Below are positions 12,651-24,809 of a stretch of 64,000 nt of DNA, piece after piece (within the stretch, counting starts at the first letter, position 1; each line of letters begins with the position of its first letter). Made by a program: the position numbers and the translations under genes. The DNA is from Tilletiaria anomala UBC 951 (Eukaryota), in assembly GCF_000711695.1 (NCBI RefSeq), contig NW_013547016.1, positions 1 to 64,000 of the forward strand. Direction: 5' to 3'. The notes under the pieces were generated by a model. The model saw nothing but the letters and a program-made list of their open reading frames with translations. It ran no database searches and had not been told where the DNA came from.

Positions 12651-14818
12651 AGTCAGCGTGATGCTTCCGGACGTGAGCAGAGCGCAACCCTACAATCTGT
12701 GGCGTAGCTAGTGTACCTCATTGCGCACTACTTCCATGGTCAGTGCAGCGTGAAGAATGAAAGATGCTAGCGAGGTGTCGGAATGAGAGAAATGTGCAAG
12801 CAATTCACTATTGACGGTTCCATTTCGGCACCACAAAGAGATGGTGAGACAAGACTCGAAGGGGCGCCAGAGGCCGCGCCGAAGACAAGGAGGTACAAGA
12901 CGCGGATCCTCCGAGATGAGCATCAGCTGTGGTTTGTATGAGACTCTTCACTTTTGCAAGTGCGCCTCAGAGCCTCGGAAATTGTCTCATGTATTGCAGC
13001 TCTTAAAGGCTTCCATCCTAATTGACGCCTTGGCATCCTTTGTTTGGTACCAGTGGAAAAGAACTGCTAGTGGTGAGGCTGTTGGCGCAGTAGTGCTTGA
13101 TGCAGTTAACCACGATGCAGGCTGCAGCTGCGTTCTCAGCCGCGCTCTGGAGTGAGCCTGCTGACGTGTTATCTGTATTCTGTGGTTGCATACATACTGG
13201 GTGGCGGACGGTGTCTCGCTAGCACAACCACCCGCCCGCAATCTCGCCAGCTTCAAGCGTCGCCCCGGTCGAGTGCGCCTGCGCTGCTCTAAGGCAAGCT
13301 TATCCAGACAAATAGGCTCATACATGTAAACCTAGGCCTGTCTGGGTTCTCCAGGGCTCAAGGGCCTGCCCGCCTTCGCAGACTCTTCCTATGATCCCGT
13401 CATCCCACGCTTTTGTTCAACTGCCCACATCGGATTCCTGCGCTGCTTCAATCGGGTTTACAGGTTCACACTCTTCGATCTAGCACGCTTTGCGGGTATC
13501 TCAGGCTGTCGCAAGGTTGTCGGCAGTGGCCTGTGCCGCGTGCTGTTTGCTGTGTGGATTGCGCAGTACCGTGCCGATCTGAGAGTTGTTGCTGGCGCCG
13601 TGCCGCATGCCGCGTGCCGCCGGGTCGCCGCAAGTCCGTTGGTGGAAAGTGCGGGTGGCCGCCTAAAATTCCAGCAAAATGTGACACCCTTTCGGAGCTA
13701 GCGAAAGGAATTTAGGAGCTTTTTGAGTTGATTCCCCGTAATGGTACTGTTATTCCATCAGGAGAGGGGACGCGTGAGAGCGCTAGCTCCGAGCGGCGCA
13801 CCCGTTTTGTAAGTCCATCTTATTCTCGGCTGTCGGCATCATTGGCCTGCCTCTGGAATCTGGAGCTGCATCGGGATGGGAGTCTACCTGGAAACACACG
13901 CTGCAGTCTGGGTACTCGGATGGATTAGCCATGCCGGCTGCCGCATGACTGGAACCCCGCCCGTCAGCTCGCTTTTCAATCCCAAACTTGAACCAGTTCC
14001 TCCCCTAATCTGCATGACTAAAGATTGGGCCGCGACTCGTCGAGAAGGCTCAACTCGAGCGAAGAGGTTTCGGGAGGATTCTGGGGAACCAGGGCTGACA
14101 CTGGACGACATGCGTTATTCATGAAGCGCGGTGTATCAAGAGAAACCAACCAATGAAAGAGATGCTCCAGAAAGGCGCCGGTGAAGAGGGTTAACATATC
14201 ACATGCATCGTTTACCATTGTGCCAGTATAGATGTTTGACTTTGGGCCCCATCATTGTTCAGCATCCTACATTTCACCAAGTAATTATGTTTTTGACCAC
14301 ACTCTCTGTTCTCTCCCTTTCGTGACCTTCATGCTTATTACGACTTCACAGGTCAGTTCAGTCAACGGGCAACCAGGCTTCACGGTGACGATCGAAGGCG
14401 AATGGCAATTCTGGGCGCGCTGCGTTCCAGTTCTTTCGAACGATCGTTGTGAACGTCGCACATACCCTGTCCAGCATACCAGAAAGTTTCAAGGAAGCGC
14501 ATACGCACCGCCTAAGACCCGCTTAACGACATCAACGGCGCACAGCTTATCTCTTGCGAGTAATGTTCGAAGCGTCCCTTGCAGTCACAGTCGTGGCAAG
14601 GTAGCAGCATCTACTTAACGCCTGAAGGTAAGGCCGTTTGCAATCCCGAAACACATCCTCTGAGTGTATGCTAATTCGATTTCCCCCTTTTAGCGAAATA
14701 GAAAGCTTGACGCTTCAGATGTGTCTTGCAGATGTGCTGTTCAAAGGGACATTGACGAGACATGAGGGCGAGCAATGCTCAAGGACGTGGGGGGAACGCG
14801 TCAAAGCAACGGGTAACA

Positions 14819-17245
14819 ATGCAGCATCTGGATGAGCAATCTCTCGATAGTGACGGAGGCCATTTCAGCAGTTTTTTGCCACTCACGCATGCATACACAC
14901 TCAGCGGCGCAACGGCCGTAGGGTGCAATGGGCCCAACGCAAACGGAGCGAAGCTGCGCCAAGAGCACCGTGCCCATACAGTCAGTAGCTCCGCGACGGG
15001 ATCAAGTAGACGTACCTCGGAACCGCTGCCGACGATGCCACCTCACACACAAGTGAACTTCGCAGACACCTTAGAGGCTCCAGCTTACGCGTTGAGCACC
15101 TTGGCCTACAGCCCCACTGGTACCGCTTCCCCTCCAGTTCTAGCTGGCAGCAAAGGACTCCGGCGTTCATCCTTGCTTGGCAGTATCACAGCGCAGAGGA
15201 ACAGCCGGGTTGGCCAGCAGACGCGCCTGCAAAGTGTGATCGACTTTGGTGCCGACCAGCTAGGCGGCGAGAGGTACGGCGAGAGCGTTTCGGGACTTCA
15301 TGAACATGGTGAGCACGCAAGTCAATGGCATCGCCTCTCCGCCACGCAACCCGACATGCATTCAACCCAATCCCATAATCAGCATCATCGTCTTTGTCGG
15401 CGCTCACGGCGTTCACAAGATGCTGAGGACCTCGACTGCGGGCTGTACGAGGACTTCCACCACGTCTTGGATGTAGTCGATCCGGAAGTCGCAATGCGGC
15501 GCACGCTGATGGACATCCAGAATGAGATTTTTGCCCCGCCTTTCTCTCGCCTGCCGAGTATGGACAGCATCGGCATCGGGCTACCCACGCTGGCCTCGCT
15601 GAGTGCAATGTTTCCCACGCCTGCTTCTACCCCTTCTCCTGCAATCGGCACTTTCGGGGATAGGGAGTATGGTCGGCTTAGACAGTCGACGTCATTCAGC
15701 TCTCCAAGCTCTTCTGTCGACCTCGAAGCTCCTGGCTCTGCTGGACTTGGTACTTTCCCTCCGCCGCTGCCGAGGCCGCCTATCGCAGCTTCGATTCTCT
15801 TTAGCCGGCGTGTGGCACCTTCCCCTGACCAGCAATGGCAGCAGGCCGCGCCGATTACACCATCTTGCGCGCTGTCATTGGTGCGGACGCCGAGCAACAT
15901 CACTGTGTCCGGTGTAAAGCGAAGCCCACAGCCCAAAGCTGAAACTTCCAAGAGGGCCGTAGGCGATGCCACGGCCTGCAAGCACGCAGACGACGAGGAT
16001 GAGGCTGAGAGAGAGCAGCAGCGACTGGAAGAGCACATACGCCAGCTGCTGACATGCAAGGAGAAATTCAAGCACCGCCTCAAGGGCTTTTGGAACTACA
16101 TTACGACGCCAATGGGCTTCTTCTTTCTCTGCTACGGTTTCGCCGTCTTCGTCTGGGGTGTCCTGATCTTTGCACTGATCGTCCGATGGTGGAACCCACG
16201 CCACCGACGCCACTGGATCGAGATCTGCGACCAGGTCCTCACGGCGCTCTTCACACTCATCGGTCTCGGCTTTGCACCTTTTCGAGCAGTCGACACATAT
16301 CGCATGATCAATATCGTGCACTTGCACCGCAGGGCTTTGCGGCGAAGGTATGAGCTCGGTCTCCCGACGCTGGAGGACCCGAACGACTTGCCGCGCAGCG
16401 CGGCATTCCGGGCGCACGAATCCAAGCTGTGCCAAGAGCTTCCATTGGGTATATCGGTTTCGCATTGTGGCAACAACGTTGCAACACCCAACACAGCTTC
16501 CAAGAAACGCGTCTCGGTCCGCGCATCCAATATTTTGCACCTTCGCAAGAACCACGCTAACGGAGCAAAAGATCTCAGGTGTAATGAAGAGACGATCGGT
16601 AGTGAGGTGCAAGGTTTGTGTATTAAGATTGACGTCAATTCGGGCAAGATTAACGCAGTAGCGTCATATCTTACCGGCATTGCATCGACTCATGATGACA
16701 CCTTGCACCGAAGTTCGCGGATCGTTGCGTCGCACACCTCAGCAGACGATGCCTCTCTGCTCTCCTTGAAAAATGAGATGAAGCTCGTGTACCATCAGCG
16801 CAAGTTCTATCATGCCCACCACTACTATCGTTTCAACGAGAGCATCACGCACCGCGCATTCAGCCTCAAATTAATGATTGCGATCGTCCTCATTCTCGAT
16901 ATACACTCGTGTTTGCAAGCTTGCCTGGGTGGTTTGACATGGGGTATTCGTGAGCCTCACGTCCATGTGTTCTCGTTCCTTGTGGCAAGACGTTGACATG
17001 GCCGTTTCTTCCCCTATCTCCCGAAATCCGCAGGTTATCAACACCGTCCTACGGCGCTCACCGCAAGCATTGTCACCGCTTCTCTGTCGTGCAGCGCGAT
17101 TGGCGGCATCCTGATCTCCATCGGTAACTCTCGGACCAAGAAGAATGAAGTGGTCGAACGTCTCCTACACGAGGAACTGGAGGAGGAAGCGAGACGGAGA
17201 ATGCGAAAAGACGGACTTCAGCTGCAGCACAAACTGCAGCAATGA
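14819..17245 (+). CDS. DUF2985-type fungal integral membrane protein
   Basis: Long ORF with YITTPMGFFFLCYGFAVFVWG...WIEICDQVLTALFTLIGLGFAPFRAVDTYRMI. An intron at ~16950-17033 leads to a final exon HRPTALTASIVTASLSCSAIGGILISIG...LQQ*. The start codon is uncertain (14762, 14819 or 15035). Confidence 0.8.
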
Positions 17246-17624
17246 CTTGCACAGCTTCAGATGTAACATAAACATGTTCCAGACAGCGTTTCATCCAAAG
17301 TGCGAAAGTCTTCCTACGGTACAAGAAGTTCCTCTCGTGATCAACAACGACACCCATCCCAGCTCGAGTCTTTCCAGACGCAATCATCACTCGTCATCTC
17401 TTCAAATCGAATCTATTAATATGGCATCATGTCTCTGCAATGTTGCAATACCCGCACTCGTACAGATGTACAATAGACCTTGCTCATTGAGGCGTTCAGG
17501 AACACCTGCTGGTGGTTAGCAACTACTCGCCTCTGTGTACAAGTCTTCCATCTCCTGAAATGTCGACGAGATGCTTCTGTAGACCTCTGCTTCATCTATG
17601 CAAATAATACATTCCTTCCAGTTG

Positions 17625-20504
17625 CTATTCCTGTTTGTCATCTTGGTAATAAGCACCTCTGCGTCCGCCTCGCCTCGACGACTTCTCGCCCTCCGTTTTG
17701 GTGACCGACATCATGCGCTCGGTGCGTTTCATGTTCCTTCCAGCATGGCCTACAACACTCGCACGCCCTTTACGACCCGAATAGTACCCCGGTCCCTCGT
17801 AGAAGAGCGCCTCGACTGGCCTGTTCAGCTTCGGCCAGTCGACGTAATCGATGCCCCGGGATACCATGAACTGGACAGCAGCCATCGCGATGACGATCCA
17901 CGCAGCGACAAAGTAAGTCATGGAGGTTGCTGCGAAAGTAACATGGCGTCAGTGCGAAACTTTTCTTCGATCCCGCGAGTCGCGCAACTCACCCGAATCT
18001 CGCGGCAAGAAAGTAGCGGAAAGAATCATGACGGCCGCGAAGAAGGCGACCCATGGCATAGACCGTACGACGACCGTCCGCTCATCGACAACGAGCTGCC
18101 CTAAATCAGCCTTCCAAGCGCCGGTGAAGAGATCGTAGGCGTCTTGTCTGCTACCATCGAAGAAGTTATTCTTGATGTAGCGCATCAAAGAGTTGAGGCC
18201 GTCTTGCAGCGCTCCCTCTTTGGATCGCTTGCCGGTGCGCGTAAAGTCCGTCTTGAGCGCCCCCGTGCCGGAGTACGCTTTCGAGATGACGTCCGCGTGG
18301 TCCGCCCAGACTGAAGCCGAGCACACAGAAAGTAAATCGCTCAATATGGGCTACCATGGTTGGGCATGCCTGCCGCAGGAACACGCGCGCCTTCAGCAGG
18401 ACTCACCATTCCTGAAGAGGTGCCAGAATTCGGCGTGCTGTTCAATCCCTTCACCTTTCTGAACGATGCCAACTTCTGCCAGCTGCTCGTTGAGCACGGC
18501 GCGTGCAAATGTGCTCTGGACCACATTTGTCCTATCCAGGCAGTCCATGCAGTTAGTCCGCAGGACGGCCTTTTGCTGGCGGTTGGTGTTTGGAATCGAG
18601 CTGGATGCGTCTTGGTAAAAGTAGCTGTGAACGGGTATGCGGGTGGTTAAGCAAGGTGAGTAACCATTCCGTATTCCCAAAGGATCTAGATTGACGATGC
18701 ACTTGAGTATTGAGTCTGCACCTGCACTCACTCATCGCTCTCGAGCCCTTGTTCGTTCATCCTCTGCACGAGCTCCATGACGCGTTCGAATTTCATGCCA
18801 TTGCACTCGTGGTGGAAATCATAATAAGTGTAGTGTACTTGCGAATTGGCTAACTTCTTCACAAGTCGCTCGTATGCTTCCTTGACGGGTTTCTCGTAGC
18901 CGGACTGGTTGACCAGATTGGCGATGTAGACGTCGCCGTATAACGAGGTCTGCTCCGAAAAGTGCAGTTTGGCCGCTTCAAGCTGATAAAAAGTGAATGA
19001 AGAGCGGGGGCCGCGAATATTAAGAACTTGAAGCCGAGCAAAGTAAAGCGCACTTCGCAAAGGGACTTACAGTGCCATCCTTCTCCATCACGAGCAAGTC
19101 TGGCTTGTACCGGAGATTGTTCACCTCGGCCCAGAAGACGGGAACGCTTCCTCGCGTCTGGACATACGAAAGTCGAAGCTTCCCCTGCACTTTGGCGGGC
19201 CGAATGCTGCCATCTAAAGCTTGAGGGTCGAGCAGGGCGAACTGTTCGGTCTCATTAAAGTTGGAGACATGTCCATCTTCGTCGATACCCCTGCTAAAGT
19301 AGCGAGTGCCCGCACGGAACCGACTACGTCGCGCGATGAGGCCAAATATAAAGTCGCGCGCATTGATCGTGGCAGATTTGACTTCGAGGAAACCAAAGAG
19401 GCAGGGCTGGATGAAACTCGCGACACGCGCATCTGTCTCGGATAGCGAGATGAGGCGCTCCTGCAGGTGCCTGTTCCAGAAGAAGCGGTCGTCCGCGCGC
19501 TTCCACATCGGCAGGCCGTTCAGCTGCTCCGGCCCGCCAAGCTGCTCGGCCAGGCGCGTCTGGCGCTGCATGCTGCTCGTTAGGTCATAGGTGTAGGAAA
19601 AGTAGAAGGGGGCTGAGTACAGATGTGTCTTGAGAAGGTCCAGCAGCGTCTTTTCGACCGGGTTCCGCATGAGCAACGCCCGCTTGGCGTCAGCAGATAT
19701 GGGCAGCACACGGAAATCTGTCGCAAGGAAGATGTCGGAGCCGAGGATCGAGCCGACCTTCTTGCGCGATGTAACGACAATCAGAAAGTCGGAGGTTTGA
19801 AGGGAGATGATACCAAGGATGGCTAGCAAGTCCAAGGTGGGCAGCGGGAGAGGTTGTTTCCCATGTTAATTGGCAGTTGCAGCTAGCGATCTTCAAGCTT
19901 CAATGGCTGCACTCACCGTGAGCCTCCATGACTTTGTCGCCCCGCCCTTCCTTTGTGGCTGCAAGGACAAGATGTCCGTGTCAACAGATTCGTTTCATCG
20001 CGAGATGATATGGGTGCCAGGGATTTGTGACGGCAGTCCAAATTCAATTTATTTGTCCACTCTGGAAGACAAAGAGTGGAGTGGCGCACAGCCTGCGCAA
20101 ACGTCTGAACTGAATACTCACTGATTAGTCCGATGCCATTCTTTCGCCTATCAATCTTGAGCGAAGCGGCCTTGTCTGACCCCGGGCCCGTTGGCTCCAG
20201 AATGTATGCATCTAATCAATCACGGACAAGCAGCCGGTATTCGGTGGCACGAGTACGTTGAGCATATAAGAAACGATGCGAACGTCTGAAGGTCAGCTCC
20301 GCCGCGTCTGGCTCGTTCGATGTCAATTTACCTGAAGAGATGAACCTGTGGATGACAGATGCAAGTCGTCGATCAGGTCAAGCATGAAAGAAAGGGTGAA
20401 AGAGATTCAGCTCGGCGGCCATGACGCGTCTTGTCGTTGGCGAGTGGGTAGCTCTATGGAGTCATTTGAGACACCCACATCCGATAACCTTGGTACAGCA
20501 ACAT
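17625..20504 (-). CDS. SAC1: Sac1 phosphoinositide phosphatase
   Basis: [35 protein letters not shown], catalytic [31 protein letters not shown] and two C-terminal TM helices. The spliced N-terminus [20 protein letters not shown] starts at ATG 20504. Multiple introns. Confidence 0.96.
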
Positions 20505-21278
20505 CTTTGTCTTTGCCCGTCTACGAGAGGTAGTGTGAGCCTCTTCTGCGCCTGATCCTCCTCCGTTTGGGGTCACCTGCTGCGGGTATCGTGGCCTGCA
20601 CCTTGGTCTCCTTTCCAGTTCGAGCCTGTCTTGTGATCCTCGGAGAAACGTCTTCTAAAGGAGGAGCATGTGAACGGCTTTCGGAGAGGAGCGAACGAAT
20701 GGAATCGCCCGCTGTCACGATATGTTTGATGAGCGCTGCTGACGTGATACGCTGCGGCCCTAATGCGGGGCTCCGTGCCAACCGGCCAAGTGCCCGAAGC
20801 CCAAATAAAGTAGGGTTGCAAAGCTCTTTTCAACCCTGCGACCAGGTGAGAACATCGCTTTCAGAACTCCATCCATTATCTACCGCCCCACTCGCAATGG
20901 ACTCACGATCCACCGGCTATCAATTGTCAAGACCTGTAGCAGATCAGATCGCTAGTCAACATGCTGCACCTCTTTCATACACGGTACTGACCTAGGTCAT
21001 CCTCTAACTTTGCCTTGTGGAGACACACACACAGGACCAAGGGGGTTCTTTCTCGCCACAGAAGCAAGGAATGCGGGATTGATTTTGTGATCACCTGTTG
21101 ATATCGCCGAAACGCATTGCATTGATCAGGAGTCAGAAGCGCTCGCTGCGGGAATACAACTAGTCAAACATCTCTTCGGGGAAAGGCTTCGCAACGGACT
21201 CATTTTCCACCGTCGCCTCTGCTGCCCGTGTCCCCTCGTCTGACAGGGTACGTAGTACAGGGGGAAAGTGCAAGCAAG

Positions 21279-22577
21279 ATGCCTACAGAGAGATCCGTTC
21301 GGGCGGAGGATGGCGCAACCATCTGGTACGAGGTCCACGCCCCTGCGAATCTCAACAACGCATGCAATGTACCTTTGGTGCTAGTGAGCTCTTCTTTCAA
21401 GTTTAACGCGTGAACATGTCTCACTGACCCAATGATCGACTTCCCGGTTTCGGCTCAACCAACACTTCGATCACGCTCGCAATTTGCAGATCATGGGCAT
21501 GGCGGGCATTGGTCGCGATTTTTACCCGCTCGCGCAATTGCTTGCGCGGACGCGCGAAGTAATCATAGTCGACAACCGCGGCATCGGCAACTCTAAATTT
21601 CCAGATGACTGGGATGGCAACTTAACGTTACAACGAATGGCCCTAGACGTACTCTGCGTCGTGCGGGACCTGGGAAAGACAGCAGTGGATATGCTTGGCT
21701 GGAGTGCGTATCTAGGCCATGAGACACTTCTAATCCTCAGTGGCATGTGATATGCTAATGGCGAGCATGCTCATCTCTTGCGACCCTTACAGGCATGGGC
21801 GGCTTCATCGTCCAGATTTTGCTCACATCGCCAGAGGCACGCACCGACTCAGACGGCAAGCGAGAAATCCGAGGCGTCAAAATTCGCAAGGCAATCCTCG
21901 CCGCCACCGCTGCCAAGCGACCGCACGTTAACTTCGACCCTAAAGCTCTGGCTGCAGCGTAAGTTTGTTCAAATGTGGCCCTTATACTCGCAATTCTGAC
22001 CCGCGTAATGGTATCTTCCGCTCGTAGCGCGTGGGCTATCAAAGACGAGGACGAACGTATCCGAAAAATCAAAAATGAATTCTTCAAGTTGCAGTACTAT
22101 CCAGAGTGGATTGAAGCTAGTGAGACAAACCGAAACATCATTCAGCATCGCATTGACATGGATCTAAAAGTCGAGTGAGTTCTCCCGCTCTTGGGTACAG
22201 CTCTTCGGAGAGATTCATGTGGGGGTGCTTATATACTTTGCTCTGCTATCCTGTCTTGGCGCCTGTCCCCACGCAGCCGTCCAGCCGAAGTCATCGGTCT
22301 GCAGATAGCAGCGTGCGCAAGGCTGGATATGCGTCCTCTACTCTCGTCCATCCCCGCCTCGCTGCCTATCTTGCTGATCCATGGCGAGCGCGACTGTGTC
22401 ATCACATATGCAGAAACGCGAGACTTGGAACAAGGCATCCAGCATGCTGAGTGGCTCGACCACCCTGAACTCGGGCGGCTTTACGGGCACTGGTTCTTCG
22501 ATTTCGGGAAAGATGGCGCAGATGGATGGGCCAAAGCGATCGTGGGGTGGTTGGATGGCGAGAAGGCCAAGCTATGA
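21279..22577 (+). CDS. Alpha/beta-hydrolase with peroxisomal targeting signal (-AKL)
   Basis: Five exons. IMGMAG oxyanion region, IVDNRGIGNS, nucleophile elbow GW-S-MGG formed across intron 2, LLIHGERDCVI, YGHW, and a C-terminal AKL*. Confidence 0.88.
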
Positions 22578-22723
22578 GACCTGCACGAGTCCCATCTGCT
22601 CTGCTCTGCAGAATTACCATCTATGGTGACAATGCCATGCGGGGCATATTCCCATGCAAGATATTAAATTTAGAAGAGTTAGTTAAGTGTACTATTTGGA
22701 GATTCTTGCCCCCATACAGCCCT

Positions 22724-23338
22724 CTACATTTTAGCCTGATATGAATTATCGATCTTTGTGTGAGTTCCGATGCTCGTCTTGACCAGTCGCTTTGCATCCT
22801 TCCCCGGACCGTCTTTTGTCCAGATCTCGCAAGTCATCAAGCTGACCGTCTTACCGACGGCCACAACCTGCGTCTCGATGTCGATCCATGATCCTAGTGG
22901 TGCCGGGGCTAGGTATTGGATGTTGATGGATTGGGAAACGCCCAGTAATGACCATGGGTCGCCGAATACACCGGATGTGTGAAAATAGAGACCTATCGAC
23001 GTGATGTTGTCTAATAGAGACGCTGCACAGCCGCCTGTAGCATCAGCAAAATAACACGTACATTAGCTGCTCTAGAGTCTCATTCCTCACTCCGCCTCAT
23101 GTATTCACGTACCATGCAAGTTCCCCAGCTGATTACAGTGCTTCTCCTTGATTTGCATCTCGACTACAATCTGGGACTGCTTGTTGTTGTTGCTGCGTTC
23201 GGCGTGAACCAGCTTGACCGTCTCGACATCGAGCGTAGATGGATTAAACTGCCCTGAGCCCGGCGAGCACATGGCCTCGAGCATCTCTTGAATATGCTGC
23301 TTGGCCGCATCAAAGGGTTGTGGTGATGGAGGCGGCAT
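22724..23338 (-). CDS. PaaI/ACOT13-like HotDog acyl-CoA thioesterase ending -AKM
   Basis: Exon 1 ends HCNQLGNLHG; after one intron it continues GCAASLLDNITSIG...GVSQSINIQYLAPAPLG...VGKTVSL...KIDNSYQAKM* (TAG 22726-22724). Confidence 0.9.
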
Positions 23339-24565
23339 TTTGTCACTGGTGCGAGAAAACGAGACGGAACCCCAGGAGGCCTTGGTACAGAGTCGAAGGT
23401 GCTACCTTCAGGAACCAGGCGGTAAGAGGCAGTGGGACGATAAAAGTAGAGGGTTACGAAGATCACTTCACCTTTCCCTAGGGCGTGTTTGGTAGATAGC
23501 GACACTTCTCAATACTCGGTTGCGTGGCCCGGGGTCCGAGAGTTCATTTCGCGCGAACCTTCTGCACTCCTGTCTCGTCACCAATCTGGAAAGGCAACCG
23601 AAAATCTAGGTCGGCGGTATACACTAACACATACTTATGGACCTTAGATTCTGTGTGCAGTCAGCAGTGTGTACAGTAAAGCGATAGACAGTTCGAGAGG
23701 CCGACCAGCCGAACCATATCCTTGTATAGTGAGAGATTCAGACCCTCCCCCCCCGGCAAGCACCAAAGGCCGGAAGACCGAAGTCGATAAGCTGTCACGT
23801 GATCTTCTGGCTTATGACTACTCCCCCTTTGCAGTTGTGCGGTGCATTGTGCTCCTGTTGGCTGTCGCAGACCGTTGCTCCCGCAGATGTACAATAATTG
23901 TGAAGCCATGACTATCGTGCGGGTAGAATATAAAATCACTCATGTTCGAGCAACGCCCGCGGGAGGTAGCGCTGACGAATCCGGTCCGAAGTGGAGGCAA
24001 TATTATCATCGAACAAATGGAGTGGAAGACTGGTAAGCTCGAATACATGAAGGTGATGGCGGAGGACGTTCGCACCGATGCGGTCCCCGACATGCTCACC
24101 AATCTCATTATTGGCTGCGCAGCTTGCGAAGTGACGGGCATTGGAAGAGTGCAATCGTCATCATTGCATAGCACCCAAACGGTGCCATAGCAGTCAGAAG
24201 GTACTAGTGCCCATCGGGCGTCGGCATCTGTCACATTTGGTCGAACGACTAGGTGTCAAAAACTACGCACTTCGGCATTGAAGCAGCTTCACATATCCGA
24301 CCCTCCCAGTTTGCCACCTGTTCGATCACAGTATCGCCACCCCTTCAGAGCACCTCGGAAGGGGTACCTTCACCGCGGCAGCCCACGCTTGTTGCTCGAA
24401 TATCGGTTGATTATACATGATGGTCGTGCGGTTGCAAGTGCTTACGCTTACGTCTGCACGAGCAACCGATGGAGGCACTTCCCAGGCAGACGGCAGTGCG
24501 TAAATGGGCTGCGGATTTCGGAATAACTCTCTACTATCTCGATTTCACTACCTCATTTTCATATT

Positions 24566-24579
24566 GGGGGGGGGGGGGG
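24566..24579. repeat. G14 homopolymer
   Basis: A run of 14 G directly visible in the sequence. Confidence 0.9.
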
Positions 24580-24809
24580 ACGATGACCATGATCACGAAA
24601 CGCCTACAGGGTTCAAAATTCAATTCTCACTGTGGACTACTCTACTACTCTTTAAGATTTGTTAGCTACGCAGCGCGAATCCAACATAGCACACTCGAGT
24701 ATTCACTGTATTATATATATTTTACTCTTCCCACACCTGCCTTTGACTTCTGTGTGTCACGTAGTTCTGAAGCTGTTGAAGGCCCAACTGCTAATTAGCT
24801 GTTAGCACC

